From Ruditapes philippinarum (taxonomy: Eukaryota): DNA of 64,000 nucleotides. Position 1 is the stretch's first letter; each line of letters opens with the position of its first letter. The translations under genes were made by a program, and so were the position numbers. This document shows positions 13,446 through 25,800 of the stretch, one piece after another. Under the pieces are notes generated by a model. That model was not told the origin of the DNA. It saw only the letters and a list, made by a program, of their open reading frames with translations, and ran no database searches. Location of the stretch: contig NW_026857404.1 of assembly GCF_026571515.1 (NCBI RefSeq), positions 1 through 64,000 of the forward strand. Direction: 5' to 3'.

Positions 13446-15000
13446 TGTTTCAAATTAGAATCACTTTTCATCCACTATTTCACAAACTGAAATATTTCAC
13501 CAACATGGTGATCAAGGAACTTCACAATCATTATACATATGTAATTTAATAGACAATTTTCTAAGTAGTTAAATCACCAACATGGTGATTAAGGAACTTA
13601 AACTTTTTATGTTCAGAAAACCCTAATTTGTTAAATCACCAACATGGTGTAAATTTCCTAAGTGGTTACTTCACCCATGGTGATCAAGGTACTTTACAAC
13701 CTCATTCACTTATACACAAACTTTTCTAAGTACCTACATCACCTTCATAGTGAAGCAGTAACTTAGCACATCTGGCACAAAGATACTAACACTTTATCAT
13801 AAACAATTTAAACACTATGTAGATATGAAAGCCATCAAGTTACACAAACTTGCACTTAGAACTATAAAACTTCACACATTTCACAAGTTGTTGAATCACC
13901 ATCATGGTGTTTAGACAACTTTAACATTTACCTCTTACATAATTAATTACTAGAAAATATTTTCTAGTAAATAAACTGTATTAAATCCAAAGGTCAGTGG
14001 AGTGAAAGAGAGAGACTGCACAAGTGATGCAGCTATTTATGAAAGACCCACTTGATATTGACCAATAGGCAGTATTCCTAATCTATTAATAACTTCGACA
14101 GGTTATCTACTATAGAGAGTTGAAGTATATGGAAGTATATACATGGTTTAAACCTTATTATTACAAAAAAAGTTACTTATATTTTCTGAAATGAAAAGTA
14201 TTAAGATAATTATAATTATATCTTAATTACAAACTTTGACATCAAAATAAACAACAAATAACTAAGGTCGTTGCAAAAGTTTTAATGAAACAAAGTTTTA
14301 ATGAACTACACTTTTTATTTATATGCAACATGTAACTGAAACAGAAATCTACTGATAACAAGTTTACAATGTGTTCTATAAAATAGAAAATGCTATTCTA
14401 AAGTCAAAAATATCATTATCAGAATAGAATAATCTTTTTCTTTCATCTGTTTGATTGTTTTACACACAGAGATACGCTGATGTAACTAGAGAATATCAAA
14501 TGCCAAGGGTGTGTCGATTTATTGATCGTATTGTTTAAGTCACAGCGCTTCTCAATTATTTGACAGGTGTAGGAATACCGAAACATTTTTTTATCCCTTT
14601 TTTATTTGTTTATCTAAGTCTCATCCTTGTACCACCTGTACACACAGTACATATAACAATGCCATTAACCAAGTACACAGACATTCTATATTAGAATTAT
14701 AAAAGACAAGCGAACCGTGCACGCAATAAACTACTTGTAACTTACATCTGATAAATTATATGGCTAAAATAGGTAAAAATAATTATACATTTGCACGAGC
14801 TCTATTCTTAGTAGAACGAACAACTCACTTTAAATAATTAATAGTCCCTGACGGGATTCAAATCAAGAGAGGTGATTGATAATTATACTACTATACCCGC
14901 CCCCCCCTTGCAGAGCTATTCAAATAGTGTTTCTTTACGTCTGCAAGATAACCGTTTCTTTCCACGTGGATTTGTTACAGTTGAAATATACGGTGTCCTT

Positions 15001-16160
15001 CTTGGGCCAGTTAAAAGACTCCTATTTACATACAAGATTTTCTAAAAGTTTTGTCCCGTGTTTCTGTATTTATATAGATAAAGTAGCAAGATTTAACATT
15101 CTCGCAAGAAACTTTTCGCGCAATTCAAGGTTGTGCTTAACTTTAGTCCTCGTTCGAATCAAAAGGTAAAAATCTTCGCGATGATTAATCTTTAGTTAAT
15201 TTTTGCATGTTTCTTTCGAGAAAAGTGGGTTATTTACAGTACTAGTGTCGAAAGTGAAAGGTCTTCGAAAGAGAATGTTAAATCTCGCTACTTATCTATT
15301 AACAAGCGCCAGTGCGCTAAGCATTTTCAGTGCTTGATGTTAAAGGAACTCCACTGAGGTCCAAAGCTTAAAAACATAACATTTTAATTTTTCACACAGA
15401 CAAACATGAGCACTTTAAACAGAAAAATAAAATAAGAAATATACAAAAAAATACATTGAATGTCTTATGTTTCTGCTATTTTCAGTCCGATTTGATTGAA
15501 AAGCGTTTAAACGCTTTTAATTTTTGGTCATTTTTCACTATTATAATAATTATTCTGGAAAAAATAGAGCGAGTTAATGATCTGAGATTTTGCACAATTT
15601 ATTATAGATCTACATCAAATGGAGTAATAATCTCAAAAAAATATTTCCAGTCTCGTCATGTCAAAAAACCTCAGTGGAGTCCCTTTAAAACAAGAGCCTG
15701 AATATTGTAGAATTGTTTGTTCAAAAAGGGCCATACTTCTGTCAAAATTCAGAATTACAATAGCTCTCTCTATTATTCGAATATTATTATTAAAATTCAT
15801 CCTAACAGGCGATATTTTACCTGCCTCAAACAGGACACCATAGAAACCAACGGAAAGTTGTAGAGAACTTGATAGCGCATCTCATGAATAAATTCAGTTT
15901 ATCAAGAATTGAATCAAATGAATTGGATGGCCATTTCCAGGAACAAAGTTACTGTTGATTTTAGCATTCAGGAAACTGACAGTTGTTCATTGGAAGATGT
16001 TTTTATGTATATCGTCTTACATTCTGTAAAAAGCAATTTGAATTCTATCCGATTGAAATAAGTGCACGAAAATTCCGTGCGAATATAATTTACCAACATC
16101 TTACACTGCACAAAGCTCAAAGGCCATGCAAAAATTATCTATAGCTTTTATATTTTTATA
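15001..16160 (+). repeat. Segment from the gene's 3-prime flank, duplicated in intron 3 (51866-52174 + 56032-56805)
   Basis: Colinear blocks cttgggccagttaaa, gccagtgcgct, ttacaatagctctc, ggacaccatagaaacc and aagtgcacgaaaattccgtgcgaat occur in both places. Confidence 0.85.
15344..15684. mobile_element. Kolobok-type non-autonomous DNA transposon (MITE, 341 bp)
   Basis: TIRs aggaactccactgagg / cctcagtggagtccct are flanked by TTAA on both sides (15340-15343, 15685-15688). The element is absent from the homologous segment at ~56085. Confidence 0.8.
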
Positions 16161-16428
16161 TTAATATGTGTAGATCTGAAATATTATTATGATAGACTCA
16201 GAAAGAATGTCAAAATAAAATAAGACATTTAGAATTATGAAACCATTATCATTTTAGAAAATGTAAGTCACCAACGATAATAGGAATTTGTCTAGACAGC
16301 ACGGTTTAGTTAAATTTTACTTAAAATCTTCTGTAATAAACTTGATAATTATTCGTAAATGTGTTTAAACATCCATCTTTACATTTAAATATTTAATAAG
16401 AGGGACTATCTGGCATATAATATAAAAA

Positions 16429-16844
16429 CTAATCGGGTGTTATCAAGTATCCTGTAAATGTACAAGTTCTGTCACGGCCTAAAAAAATGTTAGGAGTACC
16501 GTAAATATCTACAACATCATTTTTATTCAGGTGAAATGTTCCAGACTGTGTTAACGGGGACGATCCATATTCAAACGTGTCGTCGTTATCATATGGGTCC
16601 AACCACAAAAATAATTTCATACTACCATTGATCCTTAAATGAGCGTCAACATAACCCAATTTAGCATAATAATCCTTTGTTACCGTAACAGAGAAATGAT
16701 ATAATCCGGGAACTTTACAGGTAAATTTCCCGGTAGAAGTGCTGTACGCATTGCCGTAGTTAATGTATACTGATCTGAACACAAGGGTAGTTTCTGATGA
16801 TGAGCTTTTATCTAAGTAGTATGCTGTAAATGCCACTTTTAACT
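16429..16844 (-). CDS. Terminal exon: globular C1q domain
   Basis: Acceptor ttttcag|AG (phase 1). VAFTA...[35 protein letters not shown]...LNKNDVVDI...[10 protein letters not shown] matches the canonical gC1q motifs (AF, FxxVxxNxG, GxFxCxxPGxYxF, F[ST]GxL). Confidence 0.93.
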
Positions 16845-19800
16845 CTGAAAAGAAATAAATTTAATACAGTGAGTTGCAAGATATAAAGATAAACTTGTAC
16901 ATATATTTTACTTTATTCAGCTTGATAGTGAGTGATAAAACCCAACTCTTAGTCTTCTTTCTGGTTTTTACAAGTACTGGTTTCATTAAGAGAATAAAGC
17001 AGAAATCTCAATGTTACATATACTAATACAATGCCCATACAAATGCAACGGATACGCACGAATTCCCAACACATGTGTTACAGATAATATGGAATAACCG
17101 ACACATGCTTGAAATTAATCACAAATATTCATTTATACGCGTTACAAATACAGACGAATTGGCAAAACGTCTTTTACAAATACCGATGAATAATCTAATA
17201 CGTGTAATTAACATCTTGTTGCAAAAATATACGCATGAAATCCCATGTCTGAAAAATAAGAACGAATTCCCAAAAAACTCTTAAGTAATACACACGAATC
17301 TCAACACATTTCTGAAATATACGGACGAATTCTCAAAAAAAAAAAGAATAAAATACCCATATATGCATCACGAACTACCTTTATAATTATCAAACGGGTA
17401 TTTTCCAACACCTTGCATTTGACCATATTGTTGATTTTACGATCTATTTGTTTAATCATTATGAAAGTATATAACCAGTTTGTTAAATGGCCACAATTAA
17501 GGATTCCTCTTAGCGTAGTCGGTAAAGGTCTTTCACTTCAATAATATAGACGTAAACACAGGCTGCACATTTTTCTCACCCTGTGACATGTATTATAAAC
17601 GCGCTGTGCTTTTTATTAAATTTAATGTAATAAAAATATAATTGTATAAAAAAACACTGCTTCAAATGTATCCTTAAACCAGATGTAGTAGAATGATGCT
17701 AAATAAATTCTTGCAAGTAATTAAAAAAATGTGTGTCTTTATTCCGTGCTGAAATCAAATCAGGAACTTACAGATCAGTAGCCCAGCACCTATACCAATA
17801 CACCATACCTCACGGATGGTTAAATTATAATGTTGAATAATATCATCGTGAAGTCATAATGTCAGCTAAATTATAACGGTTTATTTTTTATACAAGGCGC
17901 CGAGTTTTTCCCAATATAAAAAAAATCCTCTTTACGCTTTCCATTGAATAATCGTGCGACGTTTATATAATCTACATGTATATATTGTTTGGCAATATTA
18001 ACCTGAGATATTTGAATATTTAATGACTTTTTGTTGGTTATTAACGGATTCCCCTGAAAATCTTGCGGATTCTAAAGTATTGCATAACGGTAAACATGGT
18101 TTATGTTTAACTACAACAAGTACTTGCTGAAATACCCTCTGTGTTGTGACAATGTAGTTAAGACTCTAAGTGTCAGTTTTCAATCTGAAGGTATAGCAAG
18201 GTCGAATCTAATTTTATATGTCCTTTTATTTATTTTTATCGTTCAAAGAAATCTTTGTCATTCTTTTACTGGCTATAACAGTCAATGCTTTTGATATTTT
18301 TAAGAAATAATATCGGTTTGAGTGGTGTTTATTGGCTTTTTAACACTGGTTTTGATATTGACGCGTTAATTTTTTTTCGGATCAAAGCGTCAAGCCGGTA
18401 TTAATAGCCGATCAACACCGCTAAACCAATATTATTGGAGAGGTCATATGACCTATACGACATTATTAAACGAAAATTTAACATCGATGTGAACAAATCG
18501 GTTAAAGAAAAAATCGGAAAGTATCGTTACATACGAACAGTGGTTCATAGCGTTCTTAAAGGAGTATGTGCCGGGCAATAAAGAAATTTTTGTATACAGG
18601 GAATATCATTATAAATTACAATTATTAAACTTTAATTCAAATATATGAAATGTAGTAGCAAAATAATACATTGTTTTGAAATTAAGTAAGCAAATTTTCG
18701 ATTTAAATGTTTTTGAAGGTCTTATATGCTGGCGAAATGGATGTTTTCTTGACGCAACAGACAATTAACTTTTTTTGAAGCCAGTGTATAATACAATTAT
18801 TGGTTTATATAAACGGAATTCATTTTAGTTCGATTGTGTAGGAAGCTTTAAGCTTATCGACACACTTTCGAATCCGTTCCTGGAACCAACCAGTACTGAG
18901 CAATGAGTGTAAAGTTTCTTGCTCAAGGAAACAACGGCTTGCCCCATGAGGCTACCGATCATTAGATTACTAGTCGGACGCGTTCACCACTCGGCCATGC
19001 CGCCACTTTGTTTGGATACAATTATTATATATAATACTGCAGCAACTATACTATTATATTAGATGTAGTATCATAATAAAAACAATTTATTTCATAAATA
19101 AACTTCAATATTATATTTTCGATTTTAATGTTTTTTATGATACAGATAATATAATTATTCATGAGCGTTTATCTAAATGGTAAATTAATTATAAACATAA
19201 CATGTGTCCGTTATACAACAATATTTCTCCGTTGCGCCGAGAATAAAATAATTTTGCTGGCACATAATCCTTTAGAATTTCAAATTTTCATTTTTTTCAT
19301 TGAAATAAAACATGTTTTATTTCAAAAAGTCATTTATTATGTTATAATCAAATAATATCGTTTTCTTGTTAAATTTCTTCAAGAACTATGTGTATTTTCG
19401 ACATTTACTTAAACAATGCCTAAATTGCTTTAAAATTATTGCAATATTTGTAAATTAAAAGTTTGGACTCCGCTGCTCCCTTGTGCCAAAAAATCTCCTG
19501 TCCAAATATTAAACACAATAGATTATAAAAAATAGAACACCTTATTTTTCAATAATTATTTCATTATTTTTTGAACAACTTAAACATACGTGTCAGACTG
19601 GATTATATTGTGATTATATCGGTGCTCGATAGATCAATATTTTCATTCCCCACCAATGTCAGTTGAAAATGGCGCCTTTATGAATAAGCGACGTCACAAC
19701 GCTGCTTACAAATTGCCGTAGATTCTATCATCTGATATGGATAAAACCCATGGCGTTTGTGATTTTGAATCATACGGAAAAAATACCATAAAAAAAACGG

Positions 19801-22800
19801 TAAATATCAATAAAATTCGTTTTTGAAGGTTGCTTAAAAGGCTTTATATCCTTGTTATCGAATGTAGAACTTGTAAAGACCTTTTTACGACGCGAACGTT
19901 GCTATGAAAAAAGACCGGATGTAGTATGTTCACGCGCATGCGCTGTCTGCATAGGGCAAAAGATTATCTTTCTGCATAGAAATGTAGCAGAAAGTTCATT
20001 AACATTTCCGAGTTAGCTAAAGTAAAAGTATAAAATAATATAATTAGGGGCTTTTTACAAATACACATAAGATGCTTTATAGCTTTGAGACCAAGCTTGC
20101 CATTCAAAGACAAGGAAAAGTTGATATTTTAAGAACGACCCCTCCCGCCCTTGCGATCACGAGCTTGATATATCTTAATTATTGTTTTGAAAAATGTGCA
20201 AATAGAATTTATAAGTAAGAAAAGAGATCAACTTTAGGTTTGATTAAATAGTCCATTTTAAAAATCAATACATTTATATAACAAAATATGTAATGTCATA
20301 CAATGTTTGGCATGCACAAAATAATAGTAATTAATTTCAAAAAATAAATAAAAGGAAATATAAAATTAGATTCGACCTTGCTATACCTTCAGATTGAAAA
20401 CTGACACTTAGAGTCTTTACTACTTGTCACAACACAGAGGGTATTTCAGCAAGTACTTGTTGTAGTTAAACATAAACCATGTTTACCGTTATGCAATACT
20501 TTAGAATCCTCAAGATTTTCAGGGGAATCCGTTAATTACCAACAAAAGGTCATTAAATATTCAAATATCTCAGGGTAATATTGCCAAACAATATACACAT
20601 ATAGATTACATAAACGTCGCACGATTATTATTAATACCGGCTTGACGCTTTGATCCGAAAAAAAATTAACGCGTCAATATCAAAACCAGTGTTAAAAAGC
20701 CAATAAACACCACTCAAACCGATATTATTTCTTAAAAATATCAAAAGCATTGACTGTTATAGCCAGTAAAAGAATGACAAAGATTTCTTTGAACGATAAA
20801 AATCAAAATCAATAAGGGTGTTTGTGTATTTGTAATTGTATTTCCGTTAGAACCAATGTTTGAAAAATATTGCAATGAGCTGCATCTAGTTAATGTGCCT
20901 TTAACTATCCTTACTTCATAGAATAGAATTTTGTTCAAATTTTATAAATATATCTGAGACAACTTTTCAAGCATAAACTCTGTGGACAAATTCAATCCCC
21001 ATAAAGTCTGTTTGTTACGCAAGACTAGAAAAAAATATGTACACTTGAAAACATAATTCCTCTTCACGAATTTATCGTTTCGCTTTCATGATATCACGAT
21101 TTTTAGATTTAAACAATTTCATTTTTATATTTTCACGACTTTAGCTTATCACGTTTCATCTACATAAATTCACGAACTTACGTTTCAAAATACATCTATT
21201 CATGACAGTTTATATGCAATTATGATTTTAAGAAGATGACTTAGTAAAGACAAAAATGTTACGTTAAGATTTATTCGTAAAATTAAATTTCTGAAGTTAA
21301 AATCACGTGTTTGTTATTTTTTGTACGAGAAGTTGATTTATACTGAAACCGATGAATTCTTAAAGCTTATATCGTGAATTCTTTAATTTGATATACAGAA
21401 GTCGCGAAATCACAAAGTTCAATCCGTCAGTTCGTTAAGTCGTATTGATGAAGTTAAATTTCCATTCCGGTCTGTCGGAGTTTGTTGATGAAAATCATTG
21501 ATAGAGTCATGAACAAATCACGAAATTTTTTTTTTATAATTTACCAATTTCGAAACAGAAAACAATAATTACGTTTCAGTTATCGATCAGTTGTCATGAC
21601 GTTTTAATATGTTTATCGATTGTTTTATCATTAGAACAAAAAAAATAATAAAATAAACAGAAATAAAAAACAAGATAAAATTTAAATAAAGATTCAAGTT
21701 TATAAGCATATATCAAAATACGATATAAGTTTACTTTGAAATCTCAAATTTTTCTTTTGTGATTTAGGCGGAGGTCAATGAGAAAACATTTCCACTTAAA
21801 AAGAAAATGTTTTAATGCCTATTTTGCGCTGAGATGTTTCTCATCGTCCATCTTAGTAGCCTAATCTGAGCTTTCTTAACCTATTTAAATATGCATAGAA
21901 ATCGTTTCTTCTTTAATGCGGATAGGGACATAAGACCTTATTTTCACGAATGTCAGATGTATTCATATAAATTAATAAAAAGTGTGTGAGGGATTCGATT
22001 GTAATTTGCACAAACTGATAAATTTGTGCGTTTGATTCAGTGCGTAGTTGAGTTTATTAATCATATACCTGCACACTGGCGTTTGTTACAAGTTCTTGTT
22101 TCGTCCGGACTTCCGTTACAATATCTTCCTAATAAAGATGGTCTTGGGTTAGAACATGCTCTTAGCCGACTTTGAATTCCACCTCCACAACTGACACTAC
22201 ATGAACCCCATCTTTGCCAACTTGACCATCCACCATCTAAAAGGAAAACCACTTTATGTATCTTGAAGGAATGGCTATATCATATCTATATACTTTTATT
22301 AGTGTATATTTTAAACAATGTTAACGAGCCTTTTTTCATTTAGGGGCATTGTTAGTTTATAGGAGTTTGTCGATAGTAAAATTTTATTACCCCTCTTCTA
22401 GATTTCCCTTCCCCCATTTTGATTGGATATTGATCAACCGAAAGAAATTTATATTACCGATCCAGACAGGTAATATACACATTAAAGTTCGCCGAGTGAG
22501 ACTAAAAAAGGATTGGAGCATTAAACTAAATACCGTATTCCGGTATATACCGGACACGGCGCTTTAATGATAAAATGCTAAAATCTTGCTTTTTAACCCA
22601 ACGGAATGAACTTTAAAATGTCTAATTCATCTTTTCACATTTATGTATGATAATGAATGAAAAACTTGAAAATCGGCGAAAAAAAACGATATTTGTCTAT
22701 TTTCTGATAATGATTTCTGCAAGCGTCTACATGTGCTGCTCAAATCCTGTATTTAGTTAAATCCAAGTTCGCCTTTTGGTACCTCACGTTTTAAACAACA

Positions 22801-25800
22801 TGCACTGTGACGATGCATGTACTGTTCGATGTTGCGCAGTGTAAATTCCGATATACAATCACTTTTTAACTGTCAAATAAAAAAATATTGACCAAAATAG
22901 AGTAATGATAAATATTCTAATCAGTATTTAAAGAAATTATGACCACGTCAAAGCTTGATATTATGTACAAAAAAGTTTCTTCAACAGACAACTTCTTTTT
23001 GTTTGTTTGTATTCGTTAGGTACGAAAGCAAACACGTCATGTATTTATGTGACGTCATTTTGTGATGAAGGGGTACCCTACTGGGAATCTTATTTCGACG
23101 TTTCATTGATTTATTTTAAAATCGTCTTACTCGGCAGTGGAAGGGCAATAAAATTATTATTTTGGTTTTGGAGTGATATACATAGTATGTGGATATATTA
23201 CCTTCTTAGATAAAATATTAGGCTCGGGTGACATACAATATTGGCAGTTAATATATCCACATAATATTATATCACTCCAAACCTAAATCGCACATAGGCC
23301 TAAGTATTAGATCTTATCGCAATATTAGACCAAAAAGAAATATAATGAAAAAAAAATAGTAAAAAATGATTGTACAAATTGTCTATAAATATTGTTTGCA
23401 TTATCAATTTCATTAATTGCTGTATAATAATTGTCTCATAAAATCGGGTTTCTCTAACTTGCTTAACCCGTTGTTCCGTTTTCAATACGAATAAGCTATG
23501 ATTTCTGGAGCAAGGTTGAAAAAACAAACATTGTTGACATGTTGTTGTGCGCTTCTTTCTTTTTTGTTAAGGCAGGAATAATGCTAAGAAAGTATTTCAT
23601 AACAAACTGCACGTATATAACTTACTGCATTGACAAACGTAAGTTTCATTATTTAAACATAACTGTCAAATAACATCGCACTAGCTTGTTAAAAACATGT
23701 CAAAATGGTTTCCTTATCCGAAAACCATAAGGACAAAATTTAGAATTATCAAAGTTATCTCGTACTTAATGCAAGAATAGCGTTTATGCACAATATTCGA
23801 TGCACTAACATCTACTGAAGGGCACGATTTTCCCCCATAATTATGCACAATAAAATAACCAAAAATATAAACTTATCATTCATACTTGTGTGAAATATAA
23901 TTATAATAACTTGATATAAAAACTTTGATTCTTTCAATAATCTGTGTTCATAGCAACAAAAAAAGGTATAAGTACTTTTAAAACACCATTCTTGCATGCA
24001 CTTTAAACGAGAAATTCATCACCAAATTGATGTATATCCTCTTCAAAATCAGCAAGATTTAAGACCTTTAAGACGTTTTCCATTCTTTCCTTAAAATGCT
24101 TTAAATTACAGATAAAAGGCTAAAATTCTCGGAATTTTAGAAGGTTAAGTAAAATATCGTAATCTAACTAATTCAATTTTTAAACACATAGCTTTAGCAT
24201 CAAATAATTAATACAAGGCAAAACAGACATTCTTTATTACACTGATTACAAAAAACCGTAGCTTTGGTTGCTATGGTAACAAAAGTAATAAAGAAAACAT
24301 TAAATAATTTTAAATAATGGTATTTAATTGAACTATTCCACAAACAAATAATTGAATAATTATATCTATATAATAATAGTATTTACAAGCATTACTTAGA
24401 TTACAAAAAAAATATTAAGAGCTTGCAGTGTTTCCTTTAATATTTTTTGAGTTACAGATATCGACTGTGTACTCAGTATTATTCAAACTGTACCTATGAA
24501 TAACATTAGTATATTCTTTAATTGAAATAATCTTTGTAAAAAATTGAAACAAAAGATTCTTGCAAACACATTGAATGTCACAAATGACAGCTAACTCCTC
24601 ACTGCTGTCTTGCAAACTTCTCATCGCAGTTTGTGAGTTTGGGCCAAACAGGATAACAACAGTCATGTTTTCTCACATGCACTCAGGTTTTGTAAATAAA
24701 AGTGACTGGTAAACTTACAAAAACTTGTTTCACAATCAACTAAAAAAAATACTGTTGCATCTGTCACTGCACTATTCAGCATTTTCAGGGATACTGTTTT
24801 CAGCAGGGTTTCTTTGTAAAGACATAAATTTTATGAAAAGATAAATCTAAGACACTTTTGGATTACGGTTATATATCTGCAAATCATCAATTTCTCACAG
24901 GCCATCCTGAAATAATAAAACTCCGAATAAGTCTTAAAAAAACAATACATTGTATATGATGATTTGACTGAACAGAAATATACTACAAGTAAATTGTTGT
25001 ATCATACTGCACATGTACTCGTATTAGGTTCTTCATGTAAGTTCTTTTGTAATATATTGGTTTACATTATCATCGTGTAGCAGTAACATTTATCTTTAAC
25101 ATAATTGAAATAATTTGAATCTAAATCATATATATATAAAAACATTTGTGTTGAGCTACAATTCAGGAAACTTATCATCACCCTTATTTGAAAGAAATAG
25201 TTAAGAATGGTAAATTCATGATGATTATTTACACATGTATACAAACATAATAAATTATCTATTTCTTTAAAAAAATATCAATCAGTTCTCATGAATTGTA
25301 AAAATTGAAAAATGTTTCATCAGCAAAAAGGGTACTTCATTATAAACGATAGAAATATCCTGGTACAATATACTACATGGCAATGGGTTATCAAGTTGTC
25401 AATATGCACTTGACCTTTGACCCCTTGATCCCCAATATCAGTAGGGGTCATCTACTAGCCAAAACCAATACACCTATGCAGTTTTAAGGCCAAGGGCGTA
25501 TGGGTTGTCAAGTAATTGATCTGATACAGTTTTTGCCTTTAAGGTCAATATGACCTGAACCTTTGACCCTTTGACCCCAAAATCAATAGGGGTCATCTAC
25601 TGGCCATGAAAACACTTACCAGTACATTTCCTTGTGATATTAGAAAATAAAACTAAAACCTGCCGGGCATTATCTATTTTTTAAATTTATTTATAAAACG
25701 AGAATCCTCACAGCATGGTGGGTGATATAAAATTATAACAAAAAATATTTCATCATTATGGCAGCGGTATCAAATATTTCATTAGAACTGATTTTGACCG

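Noticed and set aside
13497-13910. Palindromic repeats separated by variable spacers, superficially CRISPR-like
   Set aside because: Eukaryotic context, irregular spacing (35-157 bp), spacers resemble one another, and there are no cas genes.
18103-20938. Two ORFs sharing the C-terminus [19 protein letters not shown]
   Set aside because: A by-product of the inverted intronic duplication, with no coding signature.
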